A stretch of DNA of 32,000 bases. Source: an uncultured Clostridia bacterium. Lineage in GTDB: Bacteria; Bacillota; Clostridia; TANB77; CAG-508. Below are positions 1-11,231 of the stretch, one piece after another. The notes under the pieces were generated by a model that saw only the letters and a program-made list of their open reading frames with translations, was not told where the DNA came from and did not search any database. Position 1 is the stretch's first letter, and every line of letters starts with the position of its first letter. Location of the stretch: NCBI GenBank assembly GCA_944393505.1, contig CALYAK010000008.1:25055-57054 (forward strand). The letters run 5' to 3'. The position numbers and the translations under genes were made by a program.

Positions 1-539
1 CAATTCGCGATGGGAAATATATTCGACCTTTGATTACTTGTACAAGAAAAGAAATCGAAGCATATGTACTAGAAAAAAAATTAAATCCTTGTATAGATCA
101 AACAAATTTTGAGAATATTTATACCAGAAATAAAATACGAAATCAATTAATTCCAATGATGGAAAAAGAATTTAATCCAAATTTAATTTCAACCTTAAAT
201 CGATTAGCAAGTCTAGCGCAAGAAGAGGATGAATACTGGAAAAAAGTGATTCCAGAAGAGTATGAAAAACTAGTAGAAGAAGAAAAGCAAGACCAAAAAG
301 GAAATAGAATTTCCTTGAATTTAAAAGAATTTCAAAAATTAGAACCATTTTTACAAAGTAAAATCATTCTCTATGCAATTAAGAAAGCATGCGGAACAAC
401 GCAAAGAATCGAAAAAATTCATATCGAAGATATTCGTAGGATGTGCCAGAAAAACATAGGGAACAAGCATTTAACCCCCTATCAGGGTTTAATGGTAGAA
501 GTTAAAGAAAAAAGAATAAATGTCATAACAATGTCATAA
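1..539 (+). CDS. tilS: tRNA(Ile)-lysidine synthase TilS, C-terminal part (5' end outside window)
   Basis: The frame is open from the window edge ([22 protein letters not shown]...RNQLIP...). This looks like the TilS central/C-terminal region. It lies directly upstream of ftsH, as in many Bacillota. Confidence 0.8.
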   Translation, partial: IRDGKYIRPLITCTRKEIEAYVLEKKLNPCIDQTNFENIYTRNKIRNQLIPMMEKEFNPNLISTLNRLASLAQEEDEYWKKVIPEEYEKLVEEEKQDQKGNRISLNLKEFQKLEPFLQSKIILYAIKKACGTTQRIEKIHIEDIRRMCQKNIGNKHLTPYQGLMVEVKEKRINVITMS

Positions 540-619
540 AAAACAAAAGAAAGGGTTTAAAGGGGAAGATCCGTAAGGGAAAAAGTCGAAAAGTGAAAGC
601 TTTCCACGACAAGAAGTAC

Positions 620-648
620 TTGAAAACCCTCTTTTTATATGGTATATT
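620..648 (+). promoter_or_regulatory. sigma-A type promoter for ftsH
   Basis: TTGAAA (620-625), 17-nt spacer, TATATT (643-648). It follows a hairpin plus T-run (agggttt...aaaccct-ctttttat) that probably terminates tilS. Confidence 0.5.
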
Positions 649-694
649 GCAGATTGATAAAAGGGAGAAAAAGCAAGAAGGAGGAAGTCTAAAT

Positions 695-2494
695 TTGAAA
701 AATGGAATTAAAACATTAGCAATGTGGCTAATTTTAGGAATTATTGTAATTGTTGTTGCTACATCAATTGTTGATAACAGCAATTCGAAACTGGAATATT
801 CGGAACTTTTAACAAGTATTGAAGCAGGAGAGGTTAAAGAAATCACGATTTCTTCTGATGGAACTTCTGCAAGAGTTCAATTAAAAAATGAAAATACAGC
901 TAAAGAAGTAAATATTCCAAGTATTGATAACTTAATGGAGAATTTACAAGACAGTATGCAAGCAGGAACCGTTAGTGTTACCAGTGAATCTGAATCAATT
1001 TGGATTATGCTACTTGGACTTGTAACTCCATTTGGAATTTTACTAATTTTCTTGGTTTTCTGGTATTTCTTAATGAATACAAACCAAGGTGGCAACAAAA
1101 CAATGACATTTGGTAAAAGTAAAGCTAGAATGTTAAGTGCAAGCGATAAGAATCGAATTACTTTTGATGATGTTGCTGGAGTAGATGAAGAAAAAGAAGA
1201 ATTAGAAGAAATTGTTGAATTTTTAAGAAATCCAAAGAAATTTACCGATATGGGAGCTAGAATTCCAAAAGGTGTACTTTTAGTAGGTCAACCAGGTACT
1301 GGTAAAACATTATTAGCAAAAGCAGTTGCAGGAGAAGCAGGTGTACCATTCTTTATCATCAGTGGTTCTGACTTCGTAGAAATGTTTGTTGGTGTAGGTG
1401 CCTCTCGTGTAAGAGACCTTTTTGAACAAGCAAAGAAAAATGCACCATGTATTATCTTTATTGATGAGATTGATGCAGTTGGTCGTCAAAGAGGAGCTGG
1501 TTTAGGAGGAGGTCATGACGAAAGAGAACAAACCTTAAACCAATTATTAGTTGAAATGGATGGATTCTCTGCAAATGAAGGTGTTATCGTTCTAGCAGCA
1601 ACCAACCGTCCAGATGTATTAGATAAAGCTTTATTAAGACCAGGAAGATTTGATCGACAAATCGTTGTATCTAGCCCAGACGTAAAAGCAAGAGAACAAA
1701 TTTTAGAAGTTCATGCAAGAAAGAAAAGATTAGCAGATGATATTGATTTAAAAACAATTGCAAAAAATACTTCTGGTTTCTCAGGAGCAGACTTAGAGAA
1801 TGTCCTAAATGAAGCAGCTCTTTTAGCAGCTCGAAGAAATTTACCAGAAATCGGAATGAAAGAAATTGAAGATGCCATGGTAAAAGTAACCATGGGACCA
1901 GAAAAAAGAACAAGAGTAAGAAGCGAAAAAGAGAAAAAATTAGTTGCTTACCATGAAGCAGGTCATGCTGTTGTAAGCCGTTTCTTACCAACACAAGATC
2001 CAGTTCATCAAATTTCGATCGTACCAAGAGGAATGGCTGGAGGATATACAATGTATCGTCCAACAGAAGATAAATCATTCATGTCAAGAACAGAAATGAT
2101 TGAACATATTATCTCTCTTCTTGGTGGTAGAGTTGCTGAGAAATTAATTCTAGATGATATTTCAACAGGAGCAAGTAATGATATTGAAAGAGCAACGAAA
2201 ATTTCAAGAGATATGGTAACTCGCTATGGTATGAGTGAACGAGTTGGAACCATAACTCTTGGACAGACACAAGAAGAAGTATTCCTAGGAAGAGATTTTG
2301 CACAATCCAAAGAATATTCCGAAGAAACAGCTGCTGTAATTGATGAAGAAGTAAAACGAATTATTGATCAAGCATATAACACAGCCCTTGAAATTTTAAG
2401 AACACATGTTGATAAATTACATGCTGTTGCAGGTGTGCTATTAGAAAAAGAAAAAATCGATGGAGATGAATTCGAGCAAATTTTTAATGATTAA
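695..2494 (+). CDS. ftsH: ATP-dependent zinc metalloprotease FtsH
   Basis: Two N-terminal TM segments. AAA+ Walker A GQPGTGKT, Walker [12 protein letters not shown], and zinc motif HEAGHA. The ORF is open from 593, but GAAGGAGGA at 678-686 supports the TTG start at 695. Confidence 0.95.
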   Translation: MKNGIKTLAMWLILGIIVIVVATSIVDNSNSKLEYSELLTSIEAGEVKEITISSDGTSARVQLKNENTAKEVNIPSIDNLMENLQDSMQAGTVSVTSESESIWIMLLGLVTPFGILLIFLVFWYFLMNTNQGGNKTMTFGKSKARMLSASDKNRITFDDVAGVDEEKEELEEIVEFLRNPKKFTDMGARIPKGVLLVGQPGTGKTLLAKAVAGEAGVPFFIISGSDFVEMFVGVGASRVRDLFEQAKKNAPCIIFIDEIDAVGRQRGAGLGGGHDEREQTLNQLLVEMDGFSANEGVIVLAATNRPDVLDKALLRPGRFDRQIVVSSPDVKAREQILEVHARKKRLADDIDLKTIAKNTSGFSGADLENVLNEAALLAARRNLPEIGMKEIEDAMVKVTMGPEKRTRVRSEKEKKLVAYHEAGHAVVSRFLPTQDPVHQISIVPRGMAGGYTMYRPTEDKSFMSRTEMIEHIISLLGGRVAEKLILDDISTGASNDIERATKISRDMVTRYGMSERVGTITLGQTQEEVFLGRDFAQSKEYSEETAAVIDEEVKRIIDQAYNTALEILRTHVDKLHAVAGVLLEKEKIDGDEFEQIFND

Positions 2495-2509
2495 AAGGAG
2501 AAGGGACAA

Positions 2510-2758
2510 ATGGAATATCACTATCGACCACAAGGTGTATGTTCCACAGAAATTATATTTAATGTGGAAAACGGTATCGTAAAAAGCTTAAAAGTGGTAA
2601 ATGGATGTAATGGAAATTTACAAGGAATTGCTAAATTAGTAGAAGGAATGAAGGTAGAAGAAGTAATACATCGACTAAAGGGAATTACTTGTGGAAGAAA
2701 ACCAACATCTTGTCCAGATCAAATTGCAAGAGCTTTTGAAGCATATTTGAAACAATAG
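2510..2758 (+). CDS. TSCPD-domain small protein (TIGR03905-like)
   Basis: 82 aa with ...VVNGCNGNLQGIAKL...ITCGRKPTSCPDQIA. This is the characteristic TSCPD motif. RBS AAGGAG upstream. Confidence 0.75.
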   Translation: MEYHYRPQGVCSTEIIFNVENGIVKSLKVVNGCNGNLQGIAKLVEGMKVEEVIHRLKGITCGRKPTSCPDQIARAFEAYLKQ

Positions 2759-2763
2759 AGAAA

Positions 2764-2813
2764 AAATCCAGCGTAAGAAAAGAAGAAATCATTTTCTTGC
2801 ACTGGATTTTTTT
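2764..2813 (+). terminator. rho-independent terminator
   Basis: aaatccag (2764-2771) pairs with ctggattt (2802-2809). There is an inner stem aagaaaa/ttttctt, followed by a T-run. Confidence 0.75.
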
Positions 2814-2854
2814 AAAGTTTTTGATAGAATAGAAAAAAAGAAAGGAAGAGGATC

Positions 2855-3619
2855 ATGAGAGCAATCGTGACAGGAGCATCTTCCGGTATCGGAAGAGATA
2901 TGGCGAGATATTTAAGTAAATTAGGATATGATTTAATTTTAGTGGCAAGGGATGAAGAAAAATTAAAAAAATTGCAAGAAGAATTAAAAAAGAATCAAAA
3001 AGAAGTGGAATATGAGCGAGTGGATTTAGCAAATGAAGAGGCATGTCGAGAGTTTCATAAAAGAGTGAAAGAAAAATATGGAACGGTAGATATGCTCATT
3101 AATAATGCTGGTTTTGGGCTATTTGGTGAGTTTGAAAAAACGGATCTCGATGTAGAAGTATCGATGATCCAAACGAATGTAATAGCGGTTCATATTTTAA
3201 CCAAGCTTTTTTTGCAAGATATGCGTAAAAAAGATCAGGGAATGATTTTAAACGTAGGATCAGTAGCAGGATTTCTTCCAGGTCCGCTGATGGCTACTTA
3301 TTATGCAACCAAAAACTATGTATATCGTTTTACCGAAAGTATTCAATATGAACTTCGTAAGGAAAAGAGTAGGATAGTTATTAGCGTACTATGTCCAGGA
3401 CCAGTCAAAACAAATTTTAACCAAGTTGCAAAAGTAAAATTTAATTTAAAAGAAAGATCCAGTGAAGAAATTGCAAAATATGCGATTGATCAATTTCTTC
3501 AGAAAAAAAGAGTGATTGTTCCAGGATGGGATATTAAACTAGCACGATTTTTTTCAAAAATTATACCAGATCGAATTTTAATGATTGCAAGCTATCATGC
3601 ACAAGACAAAAAACGATAA
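2855..3619 (+). CDS. SDR family oxidoreductase
   Basis: TGASSGIG cofactor motif, NNAG, and a YxxxK catalytic motif (YYATK). Confidence 0.9.
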   Translation: MRAIVTGASSGIGRDMARYLSKLGYDLILVARDEEKLKKLQEELKKNQKEVEYERVDLANEEACREFHKRVKEKYGTVDMLINNAGFGLFGEFEKTDLDVEVSMIQTNVIAVHILTKLFLQDMRKKDQGMILNVGSVAGFLPGPLMATYYATKNYVYRFTESIQYELRKEKSRIVISVLCPGPVKTNFNQVAKVKFNLKERSSEEIAKYAIDQFLQKKRVIVPGWDIKLARFFSKIIPDRILMIASYHAQDKKR

Positions 3620-3635
3620 AACCATAGGAAAAACA

Positions 3636-3664
3636 TTGATAAAAACAGGAATGTGAGATATAAT
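3636..3664 (+). promoter_or_regulatory. sigma-A type promoter for lepB
   Basis: TTGATA (3636-3641), 17-nt spacer, TATAAT (3659-3664). Confidence 0.6.
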
Positions 3665-3701
3665 GGACGGAGAAAAAAGAAGGGACTTTAGGAGAGTAAA
3701 C

Positions 3702-4331
3702 ATGAAGATGAATGAAAAAACAAAAGATATTTTAGAATGGGTTTATTGTATTATCATTGCATTTGTTTTAGCACTCTTGATTAAATATTTTATTGGAACA
3801 CCAACAGTTGTTCAAATGCAATCAATGGATCCAACCTTAAAGCAAGATCAAAGATTGATTTTGAGTCGTATCGGAAGAACCTTTCATCAAATGCCAGAAA
3901 GAGGGGATATCATCACTTTTGAAGCGCCAAATGTCAATGTTTCGATAATTGATGAAAGTAATCCGGTTGCAACCTATGATTATGAACCAAAGGGTCTTTG
4001 GAAGAAATTTCAATATTATGTACTAGAAGTTGGAAAAAAGAGTTTTATTAAACGTGTCATTGGGCTTCCGGGTGATCATATTGAAATTAAAGATGGAAAA
4101 GTCTATCGAAATTCAGAAGAATTGCAAGAAGATTATTTACAACCAGGAGTTGTAACAACTTCAAATGCTTATCAAGATTTTGTCGTTCCAGAAAATTATG
4201 TATTTGCTATGGGGGATAATCGTGAGCATTCAACAGATTGTCGAGATTTTGGTTGTATTCCGTTAGAAAAAATTGAAGGAACCGTAATTCTTCGTATTTG
4301 GCCACTGAATAAATTTGGATTTGTTCAATAA
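3702..4331 (+). CDS. lepB: signal peptidase I
   Basis: N-terminal TM segment. S26 motifs: QSMDPTL (Ser), KRVIGLPGD (Lys), GDNREHSTDCR. The start at 3702 follows RBS GGAGAG. The ORF-track start at 3663 lies inside the predicted -10 box. Confidence 0.9.
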   Translation: MKMNEKTKDILEWVYCIIIAFVLALLIKYFIGTPTVVQMQSMDPTLKQDQRLILSRIGRTFHQMPERGDIITFEAPNVNVSIIDESNPVATYDYEPKGLWKKFQYYVLEVGKKSFIKRVIGLPGDHIEIKDGKVYRNSEELQEDYLQPGVVTTSNAYQDFVVPENYVFAMGDNREHSTDCRDFGCIPLEKIEGTVILRIWPLNKFGFVQ

Positions 4332-4339
4332 AAGGAAAA

Positions 4340-5266
4340 ATGCAAGGAGGAAAAGTCTTGGACTTTCAAAATCTAATAGGAAATGAAAAAATAAAGCAAG
4401 AATTAAAGAAAATTGTACAAGAAAACCGAATTGTGAATAGCTATCTTTGGACAGGTGTTGAGGGAATTGGAAAGAAAGAATTTGCAAAAACTTTTGCAAA
4501 ACTAATTCTTTGTCAAAATCATCGAGAAGATTGTCATACTTGTGATTCTTGTATCAAATTTGAATCCGAAAACCATCCAGATTTTTTATGCATTGAACCA
4601 GATGGAAAATCCATTAAAATTGAACAAATTCGAGCAATGCAAGAAAAAGTATATGAAAAACCAATTAATGGAGAACGAAAAGTATATATTCTCAATGATG
4701 CAGAGAAAATGACACAAGAAGCACAAAATTGTTTATTAAAAACATTGGAAGAACCACCAGCTTATGCAGTCATCATTCTCATTACTTCCAACGAAGCGGC
4801 CCTTCTATTAACCATTAAATCAAGATGTTTAAAGATACCATTCGAAAAAATTTCGAACGAAGAGTTGAAAAAATATCTTTTGGAAAAAGGCGAACAAAAT
4901 ATTTCCGAAGAGCTATTGCAACTTTATGATGGAAGCATTGGAAAAGCGCTGAACCTAAAGGAAAAGAAAGAAGAATATGAAGGCGTTATTGATCTGGTAA
5001 AAGGAATTGAAAGCTCAGACTATATCGACTATCAAAAAAAAGAAGAAATTCTTTTAAAGAATAAAGAGAATATCCAAGAATTACTTGCCTATTTTATGAT
5101 CCTTCTTTACCAGAAAACAAAAGAAAACTTGCAATATCGTAGAACAATTGAATACGTAGAAGAAGCAAAACTACGATTAACAAGAAATGCAAATTTTGAT
5201 ATGACGATTGATCAAATGTTACGAAAAATTTGGGAGGAAATGAATGAAAAACATCGTAGGAATTAG
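4340..5266 (+). CDS. holB: DNA polymerase III subunit delta'
   Basis: Clamp-loader AAA+ fold: GxEGIGK P-loop-like segment, Cys-rich zinc module CHTCDSC, DAEKMT, SRC motif (KSRC). An alternative TTG start at 4358 follows AAGGAGGA. Confidence 0.85.
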   Translation: MQGGKVLDFQNLIGNEKIKQELKKIVQENRIVNSYLWTGVEGIGKKEFAKTFAKLILCQNHREDCHTCDSCIKFESENHPDFLCIEPDGKSIKIEQIRAMQEKVYEKPINGERKVYILNDAEKMTQEAQNCLLKTLEEPPAYAVIILITSNEAALLLTIKSRCLKIPFEKISNEELKKYLLEKGEQNISEELLQLYDGSIGKALNLKEKKEEYEGVIDLVKGIESSDYIDYQKKEEILLKNKENIQELLAYFMILLYQKTKENLQYRRTIEYVEEAKLRLTRNANFDMTIDQMLRKIWEEMNEKHRRN

Positions 5267-6173
5267 ATTTAAAAAGCCTGGTAAGATCTACTTTTTCGAT
5301 CCAGGAAATTTCCGAATTGGAAAAGGTGACTTTGTCATTGTAGAAACTTCTATGGGAGAAGAATATGGCGAAGTAGTAACCAATATGCGAAAAATAGAAG
5401 AAGAAAAAATCGTTGCACCACTTAAGAAAGTGGTTCGTATTGCAACGAATGCAGATAAAAAGAATTATCGTGAAAACAAACGAAAAGAAAAAGATGCTTT
5501 TCGTATTTGCGAAGAAAAGATCAAGAAGCATCAATTAGAAATGAAATTAGTGGATGTAGAATATAAATTTGATAATAGTAAAATCCTTTTCTATTTTACG
5601 GCAGATGGAAGAATCGATTTTCGTGAGCTTGTAAAAGAATTAGCATCTGTATTTAAAACCAGAATTGAATTGCGCCAGATAGGGGTTCGTGATGAAGTAA
5701 AACGAATCGGAGGAAATGGTGTTTGTGGTAGAGAGTTATGCTGTTGTTCTTTTCTTTCTAACTTTGAAACTGTATCGATTAAGATGGCGAAAGAACAAAA
5801 CATTTCATTAAATCCATCGAAAATATCTGGAAATTGCGGAAGATTAATGTGCTGTCTAAAATATGAGCAAGAAGTTTATGAAGAAAAGCTAGCAAGACTT
5901 CCAAAAATAGGAGCACTAGTAAAGACAGAAGATGGAGAAGGTGTTGTTGATGGAATTGAAACTTTAAAAGAGAAGGTTCGCGTTAAGATAAAAGAAAAAG
6001 ATAGTGACGAATTTTTCTTCAAAAAATATGATGCAAAAGACATTAAGATTCTAAAAAATGTAGAAGATAAAAAAGTTGATCCAGAAGAACAAGAACATAT
6101 GGCAGAATTAAACGAATTAGAAAAATTAGAAGAACAAGATGAAAAAGAATTATCCAATAAAGATGAAATTTAA
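5244..6173 (+). CDS. ricT: PSP1-domain protein (RicT/YaaT, stage 0 sporulation protein-like)
   Basis: VGIRFKKPGKIYFFDP start and Cys-rich CGRELCCC...CGRLMCCLKYE. Conserved position immediately after holB. It has an acidic C-terminal tail. Confidence 0.85.
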   Translation: MKNIVGIRFKKPGKIYFFDPGNFRIGKGDFVIVETSMGEEYGEVVTNMRKIEEEKIVAPLKKVVRIATNADKKNYRENKRKEKDAFRICEEKIKKHQLEMKLVDVEYKFDNSKILFYFTADGRIDFRELVKELASVFKTRIELRQIGVRDEVKRIGGNGVCGRELCCCSFLSNFETVSIKMAKEQNISLNPSKISGNCGRLMCCLKYEQEVYEEKLARLPKIGALVKTEDGEGVVDGIETLKEKVRVKIKEKDSDEFFFKKYDAKDIKILKNVEDKKVDPEEQEHMAELNELEKLEEQDEKELSNKDEI

Positions 6174-6193
6174 GATGAAAGGTGGTGAAAGAG

Positions 6194-6364
6194 ATGGCAT
6201 ACAAAATATCAGATGCATGTATTGCATGTGGAGCATGTGCAGCAGCATGTCCAGTACAATGCATTAAACAAGATGGAGATAAGTATAAAATTGATGGATC
6301 AGCATGTATTGAATGCGGAACATGTGCTAGTGTTTGCCCAGTAGGAGCACCAACACAGGAATAA
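6194..6364 (+). CDS. 2x[4Fe-4S] ferredoxin
   Basis: 56 aa with two CxxCxxCxxxCP motifs (CIACGACAAACP, CIECGTCASVCP). The ATG at 6194 follows a GGTGGTGA RBS. Confidence 0.9.
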   Translation: MAYKISDACIACGACAAACPVQCIKQDGDKYKIDGSACIECGTCASVCPVGAPTQE

Positions 6365-6375
6365 TGAAATGATAG

Positions 6376-6408
6376 GAAGTACCAGTCTAAGAAAGGTACT
6401 TCTTTTTT
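6376..6408 (+). terminator. rho-independent terminator
   Basis: gaagtacc (6376-6383) pairs with ggtacttc (6395-6402), followed by TTTTTT. Confidence 0.8.
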
Positions 6409-6530
6409 GTGAAAAACAAGATATAATAAAAAGTGTTAAGTAAATGGTTAAGAAAAATAGCAAAATTGTAAAAAACAGTTGATAGAAAAAAATTAATTAA
6501 AGTTATACACTTAATTTGGAGGTTGATAAA

Positions 6531-6980
6531 ATGAATTTAGGAAATAATTTATTTCAAGCGAGAAAAAAAGCAGGATTATCACAGGAAGCAGTTGCTGAAA
6601 AGTTGGGTGTAAGTAGACAAACCATTTCAAAATGGGAAACAGATGAAACAGTACCAGATATCTATCAGGCAAAGAGATTAGCAAAATTATATCATTTATC
6701 TTTGGATGAACGAATAGAATTTGATATGGATAGGAAACAGATAGAAGAAGTGATAAAAAATACAAATGAAGAAAAAGATTCGAAAATTGATTGGACAAAT
6801 GCCTGGAGTAAAAAATATCCTGTACTTGCAACCTATCAAAACAGAGTTGATAAAACAAAGTATGCTCTTGAAATTAGAAAGATGCTGAATAATTTGAGGA
6901 TAGAATATGGTTATAACACTCTCGACAGTATGTTAATTCTAAAAGATATACTTTATCATGAATGGAAAGATAAGAAATAA
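6531..6980 (+). CDS. XRE-family HTH transcriptional regulator
   Basis: N-terminal HTH_3 (ARKKAGLSQEAVAEKLGVSRQTISKWE). The ATG at 6531 follows a GGAGG RBS. Confidence 0.85.
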   Translation: MNLGNNLFQARKKAGLSQEAVAEKLGVSRQTISKWETDETVPDIYQAKRLAKLYHLSLDERIEFDMDRKQIEEVIKNTNEEKDSKIDWTNAWSKKYPVLATYQNRVDKTKYALEIRKMLNNLRIEYGYNTLDSMLILKDILYHEWKDKK

Positions 6981-7044
6981 CGACAATGGAACTACAAAAA
7001 CAATTTTAATATTAAAAAATTAAGTATAAAATGTGGAGGTTGCT

Positions 7045-7578
7045 ATGACTAATATTATTATATATGGTTCTCATTATGGAACAACGAAAGAGTATGCAGA
7101 CGAACTTTCAAGAAGAACGAAGATACAAGCACTACCTTATGAAAAAATAAAAGAAATAAATAATTATGATAACATTATATATTTGGGTGCAGTGTATGCA
7201 GGTGGAATACTAGGAATGTCTAAAACATTAAATAAGTTAAATAATATAGCCAATAAAACAATTATGATTGTAACAGTTGGACTTGCAGATCCAACGGATG
7301 AGCAGAATATCCATAATAAAATCAATCAAATAAAGAGTCAAATCCCAAAAGAAATTTTTGAAAAAGCAAAAATAATTCATTTGAGAGGTGGAATTGATTA
7401 TTCAAAATTAAATTTTGCTCACAAAACGATGATGAAATTACTTTATCATGCAGTTAAAAAATTACCAGAAGACAAGCAAACTGCAGAAAATAAGGCAATA
7501 ATAGAAACATATAACAAAAAAGTGGACTTCATTGATTTCTCAAGTTTAGATAAGATAATAAAGGAGATTAAAAAGTAA
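7045..7578 (+). CDS. flavodoxin-domain protein
   Basis: IIIYGSHYGTTKEYA N-terminus is typical of flavodoxin-like proteins. The ATG at 7045 follows GGAGG. Confidence 0.7.
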   Translation: MTNIIIYGSHYGTTKEYADELSRRTKIQALPYEKIKEINNYDNIIYLGAVYAGGILGMSKTLNKLNNIANKTIMIVTVGLADPTDEQNIHNKINQIKSQIPKEIFEKAKIIHLRGGIDYSKLNFAHKTMMKLLYHAVKKLPEDKQTAENKAIIETYNKKVDFIDFSSLDKIIKEIKK

Positions 7579-7690
7579 GTTTGTTTAGGACTTCCTTTAG
7601 AAAGTAGGAATAAATTCACAATAATTTCATAGTCATAAAAGAAAAAATGTGTTACAATATAGTAATTAAAACAAATTCTAGGAGACAAAC

Positions 7691-10600
7691 ATGTTACAAA
7701 TCAAAAATGTTTACAAAGAATATCGAACTGGAAACTTAGTACAAAAAGCGTTAGATAATGTAAGTCTAAACCTTAGAGATAATGAGTTTGTTGCAATTCT
7801 TGGACCAAGTGGTTCTGGGAAAACAACACTTTTAAACATCATTGGTGGACTAGATCGTTATGATCAAGGAGACTTAATCATTAATGAGATTTCTACGAAA
7901 AACTATAAAGACAAAGACTGGGATTCTTATCGTAATCATACGATTGGTTTTGTTTTTCAAAGCTATAACTTAATTCCACACCAAACGATTTTAGCCAATG
8001 TGGAGCTAGCATTAACTATAGCTGGCGTTTCGAAAAGTGAGCGTAGAAAAAAGGCATTAGAAGCATTAAAGCAAGTAGGATTGGAAAATCAAGTTCATAA
8101 AAAGCCAAACCAACTATCCGGAGGACAAATGCAAAGAGTTGCGATTGCAAGAGCATTAGTCAATGATCCAGATATTCTACTAGCAGATGAGCCAACAGGA
8201 GCTTTAGATAGTGATACCAGTGTTCAAGTCATGGAATTATTAAAAGAAGTTGCTAAAGACCGTTTAGTTGTCATGGTAACACATAATCCAGAATTAGCAG
8301 AGAATTATGCTACACGTATCGTAAATTTAAGAGATGGAAAAATATGCTCGGATACGAATCCATATTTGGTAGATGAAGAGAAATATCAGAAGGCAGAGCA
8401 TAAAAATATGGGAAAGACATCAATGTCTTTTTTCACTTCTTTAGCTCTTAGTTTTAATAATTTAAGAACCAAAAAAGGAAGGACATTTTTAACATCTTTC
8501 GCTGGTTCAATCGGAATTATCGGAATTGCCTTAATTTTATCTTTATCTAATGGTGTTAATACCTATATCCGAACGATTGAAGAAGATACTTTATCCGAGT
8601 ATCCTTTACAAATTCAAAGTTCCGGAATTGATATGACTTCTTTGCTAATGGGTGCTACAGCAGATACAAGTGAAAACAAAGAAGAAGGTGATATCAATAT
8701 TACGAAGAGCTTAACGAATATGTTTTCAACAATCGGATCCAATGACTTAGTTTCTTTGAAAGAATATCTAGAAAGTGATGATTGTCCAATTCAGGAATAT
8801 GCTAAAGCGATTGAATACACGTATGACGTTACACCGATCATTTATCATTCGGATACAGAGAACTTAAGACAGCTCAATCCAGATGTTTCTTTTTCAAGTT
8901 TAGGGATAGGATCAGGAGCTTCTACCAATAGCATGATGTCAAGTATGATGAGTACCAATGTATTTTTTCAAATGCCAAGAGATGCTTCTTTATATGAAGA
9001 GCAATATGATGTGAAAGCAGGAAGATGGCCGACGAATGAGCAAGAATGCGTGCTAGTATTAACATCCAGAGGAAATATGAGTGACTTCATGCTATATACA
9101 TTGGGATTAAGGGATTTTGATGAATTAGATAGCTTGATTTCACAATTTGCAAAAGAGGAAGATGTGGATACTCCAGAAGATATTGGATCATACTCTTATG
9201 AAGAAATTTTAGGAATAACTTTTAAATTAATTAATCGTAGTGATTGTTATGAATATGATGAGGAATACAAGATTTGGCGTGATAAAACCGATAATACAGA
9301 ATATATGAAGAATCTTGTAGAAAATGGAGAAGATTTAAAAATTGTTGGAATTGTGCAACCGAAAGAAGGGGCAACAGGAGCTATGTTAACAACAGGAATC
9401 TATTATCCAGCTTCTTTAACCGATCATGTAATTGAAAATGCAAAAAATAGTAAGATTGTCCAAGATCAATTAGCAGATCCAGAAGTAAATGTATTTACCG
9501 GAAAAAGATTTGATGAAACAGAAACAAACAATTCATTGGATATGGATTCATTCATTGAAGTTGATACAAAAGCAATCCAATCTGCATTCAAAATTGATCA
9601 ATCCAAAATCCAAGTTGACTTTGGAAACCTAAACAATATTGTAACTCAAAATTCATTACCACCACTTGATTTAGAAGATGTTTTAAAGGAATTGGACTTT
9701 TCCATATCGAGTGAAGATCTACAAACCATATTGAAAGATCTTTTAAAAGGTTATGAAACCTATATTGGAGAAAATCCAAACACAGATTTGAATCAAATTG
9801 GCAAGCAATTGTCCGACTATTTACAATCCAAAGAAGTAAATGAATTAATTAATCAAGAAATTGAAGCAATGATCAAAGAAAATAACAGTTTAACCATTAC
9901 ACAAGAGCAAATGCAAAAGATTATGCAAAAAGTATTAAAGGGATATGAAGCCTATGTAGAAGAAAATGATTTAATAGACATTTTGGAGTTAGATAGTCAG
10001 CTAATGGAATATCTTCAATCAGAAGAAGCAAAAGAGATTATGACAAAAAGTTTAACGAAAATCATCGAATCACAAAATTTAGAAGAACAAATTTCTAATA
10101 TTATGGAGGACTATTTCAAATCGGTTGTAAATTCCATGAGTAAAAGTATGGAAAAAGAAATGAAAGCAAGTATATCAAAATTGAGTCAATCGATTTCAAA
10201 AGCGATTCGAATTGATGAAAAAGCTTTCGCAAGTGCTTTCCGTATGAAAATGACAGAAGAGGAATTATCTGAACTATTTGCTTCCTTGATGTCGAAAGAA
10301 ACAGCTACGTATGAAAGTAATTTAAAAGAATTAAATTATGCAGATTTGGAAAAACCAAAGAGTATTCAGATTTATCCAAAAGATTTTGAAGGAAACAACG
10401 CAATTACCAATTTATTAAATGAGTACAACAATCGCATGAGAGAAGAAGGGGAAGAAGATAAAGTAATTTCCTATACAGATATGGTAGGAACTTTGATGAG
10501 TTCGATTACAACAATTATCGATACCATTAGTTATGTATTGATTGCATTTGTTGGAATTTCTTTAGTAGTTTCTTCTATTATGATTGGTGTCATTACCTAT

Positions 10601-10930
10601 ATTAGTGTACTAGAACGTAAAAAAGAAATTGGTATTTTAAGAGCAATTGGAGCTTCGAAACATAATGTAGCACAAGTATTTAATGCAGAAACTTTTATCA
10701 TTGGAACTCTTGCAGGAGTAATTGGAATTGGAGCAACACTTCTTTTATTAATTCCAATCAACCAAATTATTTATTCGCTTTCAAATGGAGCCAATGTAAA
10801 GGCAGCTTTACCAGTTTCAGCAGGAATTATCTTAATTGTATTAAGTATCATTTTAACCTTAATTGGAGGAATTCTTCCTTCTCGAAAGGCTGCAAAGGAA
10901 GATCCAGTATTAGCGCTAAGAAGTGAATAA
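7691..10930 (+). CDS. MacB-type ABC transporter, fused ATP-binding domain and FtsX-family permease (1079 aa)
   Basis: Walker [10 protein letters not shown], signature [15 protein letters not shown], Walker [13 protein letters not shown]. Then one TM, a roughly 650-aa extracytoplasmic region, and a C-terminal FtsX 3-TM bundle ([14 protein letters not shown]). Confidence 0.9.
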   Translation: MLQIKNVYKEYRTGNLVQKALDNVSLNLRDNEFVAILGPSGSGKTTLLNIIGGLDRYDQGDLIINEISTKNYKDKDWDSYRNHTIGFVFQSYNLIPHQTILANVELALTIAGVSKSERRKKALEALKQVGLENQVHKKPNQLSGGQMQRVAIARALVNDPDILLADEPTGALDSDTSVQVMELLKEVAKDRLVVMVTHNPELAENYATRIVNLRDGKICSDTNPYLVDEEKYQKAEHKNMGKTSMSFFTSLALSFNNLRTKKGRTFLTSFAGSIGIIGIALILSLSNGVNTYIRTIEEDTLSEYPLQIQSSGIDMTSLLMGATADTSENKEEGDINITKSLTNMFSTIGSNDLVSLKEYLESDDCPIQEYAKAIEYTYDVTPIIYHSDTENLRQLNPDVSFSSLGIGSGASTNSMMSSMMSTNVFFQMPRDASLYEEQYDVKAGRWPTNEQECVLVLTSRGNMSDFMLYTLGLRDFDELDSLISQFAKEEDVDTPEDIGSYSYEEILGITFKLINRSDCYEYDEEYKIWRDKTDNTEYMKNLVENGEDLKIVGIVQPKEGATGAMLTTGIYYPASLTDHVIENAKNSKIVQDQLADPEVNVFTGKRFDETETNNSLDMDSFIEVDTKAIQSAFKIDQSKIQVDFGNLNNIVTQNSLPPLDLEDVLKELDFSISSEDLQTILKDLLKGYETYIGENPNTDLNQIGKQLSDYLQSKEVNELINQEIEAMIKENNSLTITQEQMQKIMQKVLKGYEAYVEENDLIDILELDSQLMEYLQSEEAKEIMTKSLTKIIESQNLEEQISNIMEDYFKSVVNSMSKSMEKEMKASISKLSQSISKAIRIDEKAFASAFRMKMTEEELSELFASLMSKETATYESNLKELNYADLEKPKSIQIYPKDFEGNNAITNLLNEYNNRMREEGEEDKVISYTDMVGTLMSSITTIIDTISYVLIAFVGISLVVSSIMIGVITYISVLERKKEIGILRAIGASKHNVAQVFNAETFIIGTLAGVIGIGATLLLLIPINQIIYSLSNGANVKAALPVSAGIILIVLSIILTLIGGILPSRKAAKEDPVLALRSE

Positions 10931-10976
10931 CAAGATTCCAAAAAAAAGTTAGAAAAAAGACCAAGTTATCTTCTTT

Positions 10977-11231
10977 TTGCGAATCACCGGGATCTGTAAT
11001 TGTGTGATTGCAATCGTAAAACTTTTTTTATTTGTTCTTTTACAATCCTTATGGTTTTGCGTTAACGCAGGATTTGGCTTTGTCTTAACAGCGAGTAAAG
11101 CAATTACCATTCGAAAATATCAAAGATTAAAAAAAGAGTTCAGAAGAGCAAATGCGAAAAGAAGAATATATGATCTATTGTCAAAATGGTGTATTACTCA
11201 TCTTATTAGGAATGATGTATTTGCTTGTTAG
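10977..11231 (+). CDS. hydrophobic ORF, possibly the displaced 5' part of the downstream membrane-protein gene
   Basis: TTG start without a recognisable RBS, two hydrophobic segments. It overlaps 11152..11622 and differs by +1 frame across an A7 run (11129-11135). Confidence 0.25.
   Translation: MRITGICNCVIAIVKLFLFVLLQSLWFCVNAGFGFVLTASKAITIRKYQRLKKEFRRANAKRRIYDLLSKWCITHLIRNDVFAC

Noticed and set aside
540-640. Structured tilS-ftsH spacer as a possible riboswitch or leader
   Set aside because: I could see only a long-range stem (agggttt/aaaccct) with a T-run, consistent with a tilS terminator, followed by a normal promoter. I recognised no conserved riboswitch core.
593-694. 5' extensions of ORF-track calls: ftsH from 593, lepB from 3663, 6516, 7033, 12979, 13397, 16247, 20787, 25314, 25392 and 30534
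   Set aside because: In each case an internal start codon is preceded at 6-10 nt by a GGAGG-type RBS. The extension overlaps a promoter, a terminator or the upstream gene, so I used the internal starts.
523-2303. Minus-strand ORFs overlapping ftsH (523-846, 877-1098, 1671-2078, 1711-1893, 2109-2303). Similar antisense ORFs occur elsewhere, e.g. 2853-3044, 4263-4499, 5094-5534, 5591-6264, 6511-6858, 7446-7688, 9588-9779, 11738-11959, 12503-12703, 15587-15814, 16281-16809, 18605-18853, 19242-19538, 20014-20278, 21034-21474, 28839-29069, 29505-29738 and 31522-31836.
   Set aside because: They lie antisense to (or, at the edges, just beside) strongly supported genes. They have leucine/phenylalanine/serine-rich low-complexity translations typical of shadow frames in AT-rich DNA, and they lack RBSs.
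37-4424. Extra copies of the TTGTACAA palindrome inside tilS (37-46) and holB (about 4415) as additional operator sites
   Set aside because: An AT-rich 8-mer is expected to occur by chance a few times in 32 kb, and these copies are intragenic in host housekeeping genes. Only the three copies in prophage promoter regions are treated as candidates.
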